From Candidatus Thorarchaeota archaeon (GTDB lineage Archaea > Asgardarchaeota > Thorarchaeia > Thorarchaeales > Thorarchaeaceae), in contig JBHLQH010000003.1 of NCBI GenBank assembly GCA_048884965.1, forward strand, positions 67,304-131,303: 64,000 nucleotides of DNA, written 5' to 3'. The notes beneath the pieces were generated by a model that worked only from the letters and a program-made list of their open reading frames with translations, was not told the DNA's origin and made no database searches. The translations under genes were made by a program, and so were the position numbers. Numbering within the stretch: the first letter of the stretch is position 1; each line of letters begins with the position of its first letter. Below, one piece after another: positions 18,399 through 28,753 of this stretch.

Positions 18399-20159
18399 TT
18401 AAGATAGCCCTCGTTTCTTCAGTTCTGCCTCTCTTAGTTCTCGCCTTAGTACTTTGCCAACGTTACTAAGTGGAAGCTCGGATACAAACTCAACTTCCTT
18501 TGGCCGTTTGTACCCTGCCATTCGAGACCTGCACCACTCGATGATTTCTTCTTGGGTAGCAGTTTCTCCGTCCTTTAGGATGATATACGCTTTAGGATAC
18601 TCATTGGACGGGTCATCAGTTCTGGGTAGTCCGACGACGGCTGCATTCTTTACCTTTGGATTCTCGAATAGCACGTCCTCTATTTCTCTTGGATATGCCT
18701 TGAGCCCTCCGACATTGATCATCTGCTTCTTGCGGTCACTGATGTACGTGTAGCCAAGACCATCAATATGTCCAATGTCCCCTGTCAGGAAATACCGTTT
18801 ACCGTCAATCTCCCGCATTACATGCTTGGTCTCCTCAGGTTGATTATAGTAGCCTTTCATTACTTGAGGGCCGTGGATGGCTATCTCTCCCACCTCTCCA
18901 ATTGGCAGCTCCTTTGTCCCAGTTTCTGGATCAAGGATTTTGCAGATCGTATCAGCAACAGGTAGTCCAATCGACCCGAATTTTCTGAACTTTCTGTTCG
19001 TGGGATTGATATGTGTAACAGGAGAGGTCTCTGTAAGTCCGTATCCTTCGAAGAGCAATGCTCCGGTCACAGCCTCAAAGCTCTTGGCCAATTCGGGCGG
19101 AAGCGGAGCTGCGCCAGAGCTGCAAATAGATATCGACGAGAGGTCGTAGTTCTTCACCTGTGGGTGATTAGCTATGCCTGCGTAGAGTGCAGGGACACAG
19201 TTCAAGACAGTACCCTTGCTCTTCGCTAAATCTGACAATAGATCAGAAAGAGGTGGGTTGCCTGCTCTTGGATCAGGAACGCATACCAGTTTTCCTGCGT
19301 ACCATACCGACATGAGGAGCGTCAGAGTCAATCCATAGCTATGGTACCACGGCACAGCCCCTACAAACACCTCCTCACCATAGCGGACGCCACCTGATGG
19401 TCGTGGAGCTGCATCATTTGCTTCTAGGTATACCCAATCTCCTATCTGAAGGACATTCGATATCAGGTTCATATGGGTGAGCTCTGCGCCTTTTGGCGTT
19501 CCCGTTGTTCCCCCTGTATATATGAGAATGGCTGTATCATCGGGATCCACACTTGGGAAGGTTTTCTCTGGAGTATACTCTGACATAATCCGATGGTAAT
19601 GGAAGGTCTTATCACCCTCATAGTATGGACTCTTCGGGATTTTCCCTAAGAGCCCTCCGATCATTGCCTTCGCCTTTGGGATGAAGGGTTTGAGGCTGCA
19701 CACGACTACCGTTTCAACATCAGTGTCCTTGATAGCTTCGTAGCATGTTGGAGTAAAGGTTGGATGGTCAAGGACAAAGACGACTGTTGCTTTTGTGTCT
19801 TTCAGCTGGTGATTCAGCTCCGCTGCCTTATACAACGGATTGCATGTGACAACCTTCGCTCCTGCTTTCAGAGTACCGAAGAATATTGCTGGAAAATGAG
19901 GTACATTTGGTAGGAAGATTGCTACCATTCCATCCTCCTTCACACCTCTGGTTCTCAGGAAGCTTGCTATTCTATCAGCATCCTCTCTCACTTCAGTGAA
20001 GGTTCGTGTTTGACCCATGAACCAAGTGAATGGGAGGTTCCCGCTCTTTTCCGCAGCTCTATCGAGCATGGCAAATAGAGGCTCACGGGGATATTCAATC
20101 GACTTTGCAGCATTCTTTGGCCAAGCTGCTCCATCCTGCCAGAATAGATCACCCAACAT
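18399..20159 (-). CDS. fadD: Long-chain-fatty-acid--CoA ligase (paralog 1)
   Basis: YTGGTTGTPKG, EGYGLTE, TGD and VGKVLRR motifs. Confidence 0.92.
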   Translation of the reverse strand: MLGDLFWQDGAAWPKNAAKSIEYPREPLFAMLDRAAEKSGNLPFTWFMGQTRTFTEVREDADRIASFLRTRGVKEDGMVAIFLPNVPHFPAIFFGTLKAGAKVVTCNPLYKAAELNHQLKDTKATVVFVLDHPTFTPTCYEAIKDTDVETVVVCSLKPFIPKAKAMIGGLLGKIPKSPYYEGDKTFHYHRIMSEYTPEKTFPSVDPDDTAILIYTGGTTGTPKGAELTHMNLISNVLQIGDWVYLEANDAAPRPSGGVRYGEEVFVGAVPWYHSYGLTLTLLMSVWYAGKLVCVPDPRAGNPPLSDLLSDLAKSKGTVLNCVPALYAGIANHPQVKNYDLSSISICSSGAAPLPPELAKSFEAVTGALLFEGYGLTETSPVTHINPTNRKFRKFGSIGLPVADTICKILDPETGTKELPIGEVGEIAIHGPQVMKGYYNQPEETKHVMREIDGKRYFLTGDIGHIDGLGYTYISDRKKQMINVGGLKAYPREIEDVLFENPKVKNAAVVGLPRTDDPSNEYPKAYIILKDGETATQEEIIEWCRSRMAGYKRPKEVEFVSELPLSNVGKVLRRELREAELKKRGLS

Positions 20160-20231
20160 ATATCATCTCCAGAAAATAAACGACAAATGCTAGTTCCTAC
20201 TTATTGTAACCAAGCTTCTTAATTCTTGGGG

Positions 20232-20266
20232 AAAAAAGAAAAGATGGAAGAGCCTATCGCTCTTCC
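20232..20266 (-). terminator. Hairpin + T-tract terminator after fadD paralog 2
   Basis: GGAAGAGC-ctatc-GCTCTTCC (20246-20266), followed on the minus strand by a T-rich run. Confidence 0.7.
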
Positions 20267-20278
20267 AAGTAATATCCA

Positions 20279-22024
20279 CTACTTGCCTCTCTTCTTGAGT
20301 TCGGCATCACGAAGTTCTCGTCGTAGCACTTTTCCGACCTGACTGAGCGGCAACGAGCTTACAAATTCGACTTCCTTGGGTCGCTTGTACCCTGCCATCT
20401 TGTCCCTTGCCCACTCGATGAACTCCTCTTCTGTTGCGCTTTCGCCCTCTTTGAGAACGATGTAGGTTTTCACGTATTCATTGGTTGGATCATCTTCTCT
20501 GGGAAGTCCTATGACTGCCGCCATCTGGACCTTCGGATGGGTATAGAAGATATCTTCAATCTCACGTGGATATGCCTTCAGTCCGCCTACGTTCACCATA
20601 TCCTTCTTCCTATCGGAGATGACGAAGTAGCCTTCCTCGTCCATATGCCCAATGTCCCCGGTGAGGAAGAATCGCTTTCCATTAATAGTACGCATTACTT
20701 CATCTGTTTCTTTGGGCTTGTTATAGTAGCCCATCATCACCTGTGGACCGTGGATCGCAATCTCGCCGGTTTCACCTTGATTAAGGACTTTGGTACCAGT
20801 TTCCAAATCCACGATGAATGCTATGGTATTGGGAACAGGCTTACCGATAGAACCAAACTTCCTATCCTTCTTTGTAGTAGGATTGATGTGTGTGACTGGC
20901 GAGGTTTCGCTCAAGCCATACCCCTCAAAGAGGATAGCCCCAGTAACGGCTTCAAAGCCCTTGGCAAGCTCTGGAGGAAGTGGAGCAGCTCCTGAGCTGC
21001 AGATCTTTACCGAGCTCAAATCATGTTTTGAAACATTGGGATGGTTAACGACTCCTGCATATAGAGCTGGGACACAGTTGAAGATAGTTCCCCTATTATG
21101 GTCAAGCTCCTTTAGCAATACCGCGAGTGGTGGTTTTCCAGCACGGGGATCGGGTATACAGACTAGTTTACAGGATAGCTCTGTAGCCATCAGCATCGTG
21201 AGTGTAAGTCCATAGCTATGATACCACGGAAGGGCTCCTACGAAAACCTCCGTTTCTCGTTGAATCTTCTTAGGCGCATCAATATCATCTGGTGAGAGGG
21301 TCACCCACTCATAGACTTGATGTACATTCGCAACAAGATTCGAGTGCATGAGTGCAGCACCCTTGGGTGTGCCAGTGGTTCCTCCAGTATATAGGATAAG
21401 GGCTAACTCATCAGGATCGATGTCAACAGCTGGTGCTTTTGGTTCATAGTTATCGACGATATCGTCATAGAAGAATGTAACACCTTCCTTGTAATAGGGG
21501 CTTTTTGGTATCTTACCAAGGAGGCCTCCGATGACAGCTTTTGCCTTTGGCAAGAAGCGTTTCACCCCGCATACGATCACGGTTTTGACATTTGTTCCCT
21601 CAATTGCCTCATATGCGACAGGTGTAAAGGACGGATGGTCCATTACAAAGACTGCCATGGCCCCAGAATCTTTCAACTGATGGTTCAGCTCGCCCGCCTT
21701 ATATGCAGGATTGCAAGTGACAGTTGTTGCACCTGCCTTCAACGAACCAAAGAATACAGGGGGATAATGTGGCAAGTTCGGCAGGAAAATAGCAACCTTG
21801 TCACCCTTCTTGATTCCTCTACTCGCCAGGAAATTGGCGACTCGATTCGCATCATCTCGCACCTCACCGAATGTCCATGACTGTCCATCATAAACAGTGT
21901 AGGGGTTGTTCGGCGTTTTATCAGCAGCTCTGTCTAGCATCGCAAAGAGGGGCTCTTTTGGAATGTCAATTTCCTTCTTGACATCCTCTGGCCATCTATG
22001 CTTATGCCAAAGATACTCTTCCAT
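20279..22024 (-). CDS. fadD: Long-chain-fatty-acid--CoA ligase (paralog 2)
   Basis: Same motifs; clearly homologous to 18399-20159; start at MEEYLWHK. Confidence 0.92.
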   Translation of the reverse strand: MEEYLWHKHRWPEDVKKEIDIPKEPLFAMLDRAADKTPNNPYTVYDGQSWTFGEVRDDANRVANFLASRGIKKGDKVAIFLPNLPHYPPVFFGSLKAGATTVTCNPAYKAGELNHQLKDSGAMAVFVMDHPSFTPVAYEAIEGTNVKTVIVCGVKRFLPKAKAVIGGLLGKIPKSPYYKEGVTFFYDDIVDNYEPKAPAVDIDPDELALILYTGGTTGTPKGAALMHSNLVANVHQVYEWVTLSPDDIDAPKKIQRETEVFVGALPWYHSYGLTLTMLMATELSCKLVCIPDPRAGKPPLAVLLKELDHNRGTIFNCVPALYAGVVNHPNVSKHDLSSVKICSSGAAPLPPELAKGFEAVTGAILFEGYGLSETSPVTHINPTTKKDRKFGSIGKPVPNTIAFIVDLETGTKVLNQGETGEIAIHGPQVMMGYYNKPKETDEVMRTINGKRFFLTGDIGHMDEEGYFVISDRKKDMVNVGGLKAYPREIEDIFYTHPKVQMAAVIGLPREDDPTNEYVKTYIVLKEGESATEEEFIEWARDKMAGYKRPKEVEFVSSLPLSQVGKVLRRELRDAELKKRGK

Positions 22025-22231
22025 TTTTCTCACTCCATTGCTCTCGCGTTTTTTTTCAGTACAAGTTTTTGCTTGCACAATAGCTCTCAGATATGTATTC
22101 CAGCTAGATATGTCCTTCTACAGCCAAGAAAACACTCAGGAATGCTGATTTGACGACAAACTCTATCCAACACAAGAGATAAGACGGCGAAGATAGAGTG
22201 AACAACGATATACATAAGGTGGAATGAACGC

Positions 22232-23431
22232 TTGAGTCACGGAGAGGCCATTGATAGCTCTACAGAACGATTACGCACTTTGAACGAGAGAGGTGGTATC
22301 ATTGTCGGATACCTATATCCGCATACCCCCATTGAGCTGATCCTAGCACATGGACTAACTCCATCTCTGATACGAGTCAGCCCGATTGTATCCTCAGGAT
22401 TCGAAGATAGTCTACAGACCTTTTCCTGTGCCTTCAGTAGGAATATCTTCTCACAACGAGCGCGAGGTGGGTTCGTCGAGTTTGATGGCTTTTTATTCCC
22501 AGGAAATACCTGTGACGCACTACAGAACGTAGGTGATGTCTGGAAACAACGTTTTCCAAAAGACAAGGTCTTCAGATTGACATATCCTGTGTCATCCTAC
22601 TCCGCTGGTTCAATCGATTTCTTTACAGAGGAACTAAAGATATTGAGCGCTGCAATAGCAGAGATTTATGGAAAGCCTTTCTCTCCGACAGACTATGCAG
22701 CAGCTGTTTCACTAGTCAATGATTTCAGACACGCAGCTCAATTTCTTTATGCTAGCAGGATAATCAATCCAGCTACAATTTCCTATTCCGACCTAGTGGA
22801 ATTGGTCACACACTTTCTGATAGCACCAGAACAGCAGGTCCTAGACGATGCTGATGAGAGGGTGGCAGCTGCTGAGAGCATTTTGAAAGAGCACGACCAG
22901 GTCGCGCTTACTGAGAATCTCATGAGAGGCCTAATTGCCAGCAATCTGACTGACATCTCTCTTGAGAAGGCAATTACAGGTCCTCGTCTTCTAGTGGTAG
23001 GCGGGATGGTCGACCCGCAGAATCTAGCCGGACTCTTTGCAGGATTGGAGAACAGCTCCGATGATGTTGTAGGACTTGACCTTCTTAGCTTCAGTTTCAA
23101 ATCGGTATTTACTCCAGAGGTTGGTCCAAAAGGAGACCCCTTCAGGTCCATGGCAGAATCCATACTTCGTGCTCCTGCAGAACCAACTCAAGAAGGCCTG
23201 ACCCAAAGGACAACTTATCTCAAGGAGTTGATGCGGTCGATCCCGTTCGATGGATTAGTCGTCTGCGAGCAATCCTTCTGTGATCCTGATGAGTTTGAAA
23301 CACCGTCTCTCCTTCGAGCTGCCGATGACGTTGGAATACCTTCATTGCGGCTACCAATAGATCCCGAAATATCAGACCGCGGCCGTCTCGTTGGACGTCT
23401 TCAGACATTCCTTGAAACATTGGAGGGATAA
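22232..23431 (+). CDS. 2-hydroxyacyl-CoA dehydratase beta subunit / BcrC-like (HGD-D family)
   Basis: PIELILAHG, FSC, NTCD, FCDP and RLQTFLE motifs. Confidence 0.85.
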   Translation: MSHGEAIDSSTERLRTLNERGGIIVGYLYPHTPIELILAHGLTPSLIRVSPIVSSGFEDSLQTFSCAFSRNIFSQRARGGFVEFDGFLFPGNTCDALQNVGDVWKQRFPKDKVFRLTYPVSSYSAGSIDFFTEELKILSAAIAEIYGKPFSPTDYAAAVSLVNDFRHAAQFLYASRIINPATISYSDLVELVTHFLIAPEQQVLDDADERVAAAESILKEHDQVALTENLMRGLIASNLTDISLEKAITGPRLLVVGGMVDPQNLAGLFAGLENSSDDVVGLDLLSFSFKSVFTPEVGPKGDPFRSMAESILRAPAEPTQEGLTQRTTYLKELMRSIPFDGLVVCEQSFCDPDEFETPSLLRAADDVGIPSLRLPIDPEISDRGRLVGRLQTFLETLEG

Positions 23432-23434
23432 TAG

Positions 23435-24640
23435 ATGAGTGAAGAGAAAGCATATCGACGACTTGAGACTTCTAAACAGCTCCAGCAGTTGTCCTTTAGA
23501 CACATGTTAGAGGCGCACGCTGCTAGTGAAGAAGGAAGATTGGCATGGGTCACTTCTGGATTCCCCGTAGAGATACCAGCTGCTATGGATGTGGGAGTAG
23601 TCTATCCAGAACAATACGCTGCTATTGTAGGTGCTCAAAAGGTCGGTCCAATCATTTGTGGATACGCTGAAGATTATGGCTATTCAAATGAGCTCTGTTC
23701 CTATGCAAGAGCAAGTATCGGTGCTGCATTGAAACCAGGCGAAAGTCCCCTCGAAGGTCTTCCCAAACCTCAGGCATTGCTTGCCTGTAATAATATCTGT
23801 GGCACAGTCCTACGATGGTACGACGCAGTCTCCGAAATTACTGGAGCTCCTGTATATCTATTTGATACACCTCCAATAGACACTGAGCAGAAGCCACATC
23901 ACATTGCATATGTTCGCCAAGGCGTTCATAATCTGGTTGATTTCCTTGCAAACACCTTCAAAGTCGAGATGAGAGAAGAGCGTCTTCGTGAGGTCGCCAG
24001 ACTGTCAAGCGAGGCTATTCGTCTATGGACCAAATCGCTTGAGGCTTGTAAGAACAAGCCCACACCACTCAATTGCGCTGATAGGTTCTTGACCATGGCA
24101 CCAGTTGTTAGCAGCCGAGGCAAGGACTATTGCGTCGAGTTCTACCAAGCTCTCTATGATGAAGTGCAGGGTCGGGTCAACGAAGGAATCGGGGCAATTA
24201 GAGAGGAGAAGATCCGTTTGCTCTGGGACAATATCCCTCCTTGGTTTCAAATCTTCAATTTCTTCAATAGCTTGGCTCAAAAAGGGGTGTCGTTCCCTGC
24301 TGATACGTATACTCATGCATGGTCGGGCGAGATAGCTGGAGATGACCTCTATGACAGTGTCACACAGATCTATAGTAATGTCTACTTGAATATGGGTCTA
24401 GAGGCCAAAGCTGACAAGATGGTACAATTGATCAATGACTACAATCTTGATGGATTCATCATGTTCTCAGTACGTTCCTGTAAGAGATATTCTCTTGGTC
24501 AAATGGTCACACGTGAACTGGTCACTGAGCGAACTGGTGTGCCTGGAACGATAATTGAAGGGGACATGGTTGACAGTCGTTTGTTCAATGACGCTCAAAT
24601 TCAGACCAGAGTGGAAGCCCTTCTTGAGATGTTCGTGTGA
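23435..24640 (+). CDS. 2-hydroxyacyl-CoA dehydratase alpha subunit / BcrB-like (HGD-D family)
   Basis: YPE, LCSYAR, CNNIC, RSCK and TRVEALLE motifs. Confidence 0.88.
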   Translation: MSEEKAYRRLETSKQLQQLSFRHMLEAHAASEEGRLAWVTSGFPVEIPAAMDVGVVYPEQYAAIVGAQKVGPIICGYAEDYGYSNELCSYARASIGAALKPGESPLEGLPKPQALLACNNICGTVLRWYDAVSEITGAPVYLFDTPPIDTEQKPHHIAYVRQGVHNLVDFLANTFKVEMREERLREVARLSSEAIRLWTKSLEACKNKPTPLNCADRFLTMAPVVSSRGKDYCVEFYQALYDEVQGRVNEGIGAIREEKIRLLWDNIPPWFQIFNFFNSLAQKGVSFPADTYTHAWSGEIAGDDLYDSVTQIYSNVYLNMGLEAKADKMVQLINDYNLDGFIMFSVRSCKRYSLGQMVTRELVTERTGVPGTIIEGDMVDSRLFNDAQIQTRVEALLEMFV

Positions 24641-25428
24641 GGGATGTTACCATGGTGTCCGATTTTGGTGTTGGAGTTGATGTTGGCTCTACCACAACAA
24701 AGGCTGTCATGGTAGACCATAGTGGAAAGGTTATCGCGTCACATCTCATGATGACCGGTGGTACTGCTGCAAATTCAGCATCAAAGTGTGTTGAAGAGAT
24801 AACCCGTAAGGCTTCAGTTAGTCCGTCTGATATCTCGATTGTGAGTACAGGATATGGTCGCGCACAGGTAGATGGGGCAACTCAAAGGATTACTGAGATT
24901 ACCTGTCACAGCATTGGAGTCTATCATTTGAATCCCCAAATCGCATTCTTAATCGATGTAGGTGGGCAGGATTCAAAGGTGATTAGGATTGGAAAAAATG
25001 GGCGCCCACAAGACTTTGAGATCAATGACAAATGCAGTGCAGGCACAGGGAGATTCCTAGAAGTGATGTCCCGAGTGCTTGAAAAATCGCTTTCTGAGCT
25101 CAGTTCTCTGGCCTTAGAGTCTACATCACCTTCTACAATCAGTAGCACATGTACTGTCTTTGCTGAAAGCGAAGTCATTGGCAGAATAGGCTCGGGTGAT
25201 TCGGTCCAAGATATCGCCGCAGGCATTCATCTCTCGATGGCATCCAAGATTGCGACACTATCTCGTAGGGTTGGTGTCATAGAGCCAGTTTGTGTGACTG
25301 GAGGAGTAGCCTTGAATCCAGCGTTCAGATTCTATCTTTCGAAACAGCTCGGTTTCGAACTGTGGGTTCCCTCCGAACCTCAGCTTACTGGAGCTCTTGG
25401 CGCTGCGGTTCTAGCATTGCAAGACTAA
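24637..25428 (+). CDS. ATP-dependent [4Fe-4S] activator (BadF/BadG/BcrA/BcrD, HgdC-like)
   Basis: GVDVGSTTTK, TEITCH, DVGGQD, NDKCSAGTGRFLE and STCTVFAESE motifs. Confidence 0.93.
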   Translation: MRDVTMVSDFGVGVDVGSTTTKAVMVDHSGKVIASHLMMTGGTAANSASKCVEEITRKASVSPSDISIVSTGYGRAQVDGATQRITEITCHSIGVYHLNPQIAFLIDVGGQDSKVIRIGKNGRPQDFEINDKCSAGTGRFLEVMSRVLEKSLSELSSLALESTSPSTISSTCTVFAESEVIGRIGSGDSVQDIAAGIHLSMASKIATLSRRVGVIEPVCVTGGVALNPAFRFYLSKQLGFELWVPSEPQLTGALGAAVLALQD

Positions 25429-25548
25429 TATCCAACTTAGGATGTACGAATCACTGCAAATTGGATTATCCGCTTGAGTTGTAGTATCTGTACTCTAGTC
25501 TAGGAAGGATTGAGTGCGAATCGAAATACGATAATAAATACAAAGAAT

Positions 25549-26103
25549 CTATTCTGCAGCCAATGCTGCTTCTCCAGCTTTGATTCCTAGGTCAAGAGCT
25601 TTGAAGTTAGTTTCAGTGAAGCGAGGCCATCTGTCTTTGATAGCTTTCTTGAGTCCGTCATGTGATACTATGCCAGTGATAGCTGCAAGCGCTCCCAACA
25701 TTACGACGTTCGTTGCCTGCTTGTTCCCGACATCCTTGTCTGCGATTCGAGTCGCTGGAACCTTGTACACCTTGACTCCTTCTGGCAGGTCTCCTTCTAT
25801 CTCAACAAGATCCTCATCAAGAATCAGTATCCCGTTTTCCTTTAGCCCCCCGATGTATTCGAGGTACGCAGCTCTACTTAGAACCACAAAGACATCTGGT
25901 TCTTCCACCTTGGGGTAGTCGACTTCCTCATCATCGACCACTATCTCACTCTTACTTGCTCCACCTCGAGCCTCTGGGCCATAGCTCTGGGTCTGGACAC
26001 ATTGCCTGCCTTCAACAAGGGAGAGAGTCTCTCCAAGCACAACAGCCATAGTGACAACGCCTTGACCACCAAAGCCTCCGATGCGAATCTCTGTTCGAGC
26101 CAT
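25549..26103 (-). CDS. korC: 2-oxoacid:ferredoxin oxidoreductase gamma subunit
   Basis: GFGGQG, QSYGPEARGG and NVVMLGA motifs. Confidence 0.92.
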   Translation of the reverse strand: MARTEIRIGGFGGQGVVTMAVVLGETLSLVEGRQCVQTQSYGPEARGGASKSEIVVDDEEVDYPKVEEPDVFVVLSRAAYLEYIGGLKENGILILDEDLVEIEGDLPEGVKVYKVPATRIADKDVGNKQATNVVMLGALAAITGIVSHDGLKKAIKDRWPRFTETNFKALDLGIKAGEAALAAE

Positions 26104-26951
26104 TATTTGCCACCTCTTGCCTTTGCATGTGCTGCACGAAGAACTGCTGTATACTCTGGTTTCTCGATATCCAAGAACTCACCGCAGATGATCTTGGAAT
26201 CATACTCAAGCTCAGCCTCATGAGGTGGGAGACCATTCTTGATCTCTGCAACTTCTAGGAGATGCTGGTGCATCTGGAGACCATCTCCAAGTCTGTTCAT
26301 TCGACCATAGGCTGTTGGGCAAGCTCCGATAATCTCGACAAATGAGAAGCCTTGCTTCTTGATGGCCTTCTGAATGGAACTTGTTGCGCGTCGTGCCTGC
26401 ACGGCTGTCCATCGGGCTACAAAGGTTGCACCGGATGAGGCTGCAAGCTTGACGAGGTTGAAGGGATGCTCAATGTTCCCTATGGGTCTGGGACTGGTCT
26501 GTGAGTATCTTTCGTGCTCAGTAGTTGGACCGAATTGACCACCTGTCATGCCATAGTTGAAGTTATTGATACATACGACCGTTATGTCGATGTTCCTCCT
26601 ACATGCGTGAATAAGGTGATTTCCACCGATAGCAGCGAGGTCACCATCTCCAGAAACAACAATCACCTCGAGCTCTGGATTGGCAATCTTTACGCCCTCT
26701 GCGAATGCAATGGCACGTCCATGTGTCGTGTGATAGGTTCCGGTCTTGAAGTAACCTGAGGTCCTGCCTGTACAACCGATCCCGCTCACAACGACTACTT
26801 TACTAAAGTCGATGCCAAGATTATCGATTGCACGAGCAATCATGTTCGTGACCACGCCAATTGAGCAACCTGGACAGTATATCCATGGTTGTCGGTCTTC
26901 GCGAATGTATTTCGCCATTGGATGTTTGAGGACGGGGGCAGACTCAGTCAT
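26103..26951 (-). CDS. korB: 2-oxoacid:ferredoxin oxidoreductase beta subunit (TPP-binding)
   Basis: CPGC, SGIGC, HGRA and GDGD...YGMTGGQ motifs; start at MTESAP. Confidence 0.93.
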   Translation of the reverse strand: MTESAPVLKHPMAKYIREDRQPWIYCPGCSIGVVTNMIARAIDNLGIDFSKVVVVSGIGCTGRTSGYFKTGTYHTTHGRAIAFAEGVKIANPELEVIVVSGDGDLAAIGGNHLIHACRRNIDITVVCINNFNYGMTGGQFGPTTEHERYSQTSPRPIGNIEHPFNLVKLAASSGATFVARWTAVQARRATSSIQKAIKKQGFSFVEIIGACPTAYGRMNRLGDGLQMHQHLLEVAEIKNGLPPHEAELEYDSKIICGEFLDIEKPEYTAVLRAAHAKARGGK

Positions 26952-27028
26952 TGAGGGGTTCTCCAAATCCCTTGGGGTATCTGCGTCTTTTCGTGAAGTA
27001 TCCCGATAAAAGAGTTGTTGCTGAGGAT

Positions 27029-27041
27029 GTAACAACGTTAA
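27029..27041. promoter_or_regulatory. TTAAC-N3-GTTAA-type palindrome upstream of the korB promoter
   Basis: gTAACaacGTTAA, ~19 bp upstream of the minus-strand TTTTAT at 27011-27006. Confidence 0.55.
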
Positions 27042-27105
27042 GAATCTTGGACACTCTTACTCTACAAACTACTCCATTGTGCTGCCGCTTTTTGTGATCC
27101 CAATG

Positions 27106-27840
27106 TTAGAATCCAATATCTAGTATCAGCATTGGTAAGAAAAATGTCACCACGAATACAATCCCCACCGCAACATGGAATTTCAAGCTGCCACGATTAA
27201 TATCCGGAGCAAACAGTCCTGCCTTTAGCTCAGCAGTAAGATCCGAATTTACCTTGGCAAATTCTTCCTTAAACTTCTCATTGGTTAAAATAACCTTTTC
27301 ACCCTCTGTGATTCTCACATAAGCTGCGAATGGCTTGTCATCAATAATCCATTGGACTTCTTTTGAGAGTTTGTCGAATTCTCCTCTGAACCCATAAATC
27401 AGCAATAGAAGGGTGAAGAAATTGAATGCTACTAGAGTCCAGTATGTGATTAATTCAGGAATCCACATAGGCCGCTCCAAGACATTCAGATAATGAATGA
27501 AGCTTACAGCTACCAATGAAAGTAGTCCCAGAACAACAGTAAGCACTCTGAATTGATCGTACTTCTTTTGCTTTATCTTGAAATGATTTTTCGCCTTAAT
27601 CGAGCAAGAATCACATACTTTGTAGTTACCTCGAAGGTATATTGTGATGACTTCCTCATGTTCTCCATACTTTCTCTGGTATTTCTTGGTGGATACGCTT
27701 GAATCATATGATCTGAATCCAACCTCAGAGCTTTCTAGATTACTACCACAACCAACACAGTATGAAGGTATTTCACAATCAACTTTTTTATCAGAATGCT
27801 TGACTATTCTAGGCCCCGCAGGTACACGAACACTTGCCAT
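27106..27840 (-). CDS. Zn-finger membrane protein
   Basis: CVGC...CDSC, then 2 TM, N-x-x-F-x-EEF-x-x-x-N, and a C-terminal TM. Confidence 0.7.
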   Translation of the reverse strand: MASVRVPAGPRIVKHSDKKVDCEIPSYCVGCGSNLESSEVGFRSYDSSVSTKKYQRKYGEHEEVITIYLRGNYKVCDSCSIKAKNHFKIKQKKYDQFRVLTVVLGLLSLVAVSFIHYLNVLERPMWIPELITYWTLVAFNFFTLLLLIYGFRGEFDKLSKEVQWIIDDKPFAAYVRITEGEKVILTNEKFKEEFAKVNSDLTAELKAGLFAPDINRGSLKFHVAVGIVFVVTFFLPMLILDIGF

Positions 27841-27928
27841 TAACCCACATCTCCTATAGTAAAAGTGGATGCAAAGTTAGCTCGAGCATCTATTAAGGCT
27901 TTGCTCATCCCACTAGAAAAGAAAGTCA

Positions 27929-27945
27929 CTAGTGATTATCACTAG
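27929..27945. promoter_or_regulatory. Perfect inverted repeat, putative operator
   Basis: CTAGTGAT-t-ATCACTAG. Confidence 0.45.
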
Positions 27946-28128
27946 AGATGGCCTGTAATTTGCTTCTTTATCGTTTCGTCAATCTTCTTATTCAATATGG
28001 TAGCTATTCCTACTCAACTAGAGTATTCTCCATTCATAAAATAAATGGTTATGAAGATCTCCTTTTTAGAATTTAGGGATTTTAAACCCTTATTTCTTCT
28101 TTTTAAGTCTTATAAAACCGTCTTAATA

Positions 28129-28188
28129 AGTTGCATGAATTTAGTTAACTTTATATGCATTCAATGAGTTGCATAGAATTGGTTAACT
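28129..28188. promoter_or_regulatory. Two 22-bp direct repeats (AGTT-N14-AACT), putative operators of the HTH regulator
   Basis: agttgcatgaatttagttaact (28129-28150) and agttgcatagaattggttaact (28167-28188), flanking TTTATA. Confidence 0.7.
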
Positions 28189-28190
28189 CA

Positions 28191-28670
28191 ATGCGATCCA
28201 AAAAATCACTTAGATATCCAACAATTGAGCAAGGCAAGGTATGGGAGAAACGGAGAGAAGGTTCTCAACCATCCGATATCGCTGATGAGATGGGGGTTTC
28301 CAGACCCTATGTAAGTCAAGCACAGCGAATCGCTGAAGAACGAATTGAGGACCTCATGAAGCATACTGCCAAAGTTCTGCATACAGAGATTCAACACATC
28401 AGCACTCAATATGGGATCGCAGTTGGGTATTGCCATGCTTTTGATACGATGGTCTTCATCACATATTCCTCGGCCAAGGGAATTCAGACTTGGTACAATC
28501 ACAAAGGGGATTGCGGGAGGTGTGATAAGCATGAAGAGTGCGAGAAGATCATTGATACTCTATCAGAGGAGTGGGGAGTTTCACTTGCAGATTCGGGTAC
28601 TCCATCTGAGAAAGGAAGCAGGTTGTTTAATCGAATCATGGAGATTTTAGGATGGGACATAGAAGTATAG
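28191..28670 (+). CDS. HTH transcriptional regulator with C-terminal H-x3-C-x2-C-x5-C metal site
   Basis: PSDIADEMGVSRPYVSQ helix-turn-helix; HKGDCGRCDKHEEC. Confidence 0.85.
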   Translation: MRSKKSLRYPTIEQGKVWEKRREGSQPSDIADEMGVSRPYVSQAQRIAEERIEDLMKHTAKVLHTEIQHISTQYGIAVGYCHAFDTMVFITYSSAKGIQTWYNHKGDCGRCDKHEECEKIIDTLSEEWGVSLADSGTPSEKGSRLFNRIMEILGWDIEV

Positions 28671-28753
28671 ATGATAATCTGGAAATGGACTCTAGCAATG
28701 TCTGTAGACTGATGCCTACTTATCCAATGAACACACCCAGTAGAAGGACATGG

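Noticed and set aside
22232-25428. Class I benzoyl-CoA reductase
   Set aside because: Only one activator-type subunit and no ring-cleavage genes (dch/had/oah) in the window; the dehydratase architecture fits better, though this is not excluded without phylogeny
28129-28188. Mini-CRISPR array
   Set aside because: Only two imperfect 22-bp repeats with a 16-bp spacer containing the TATA box; no cas genes
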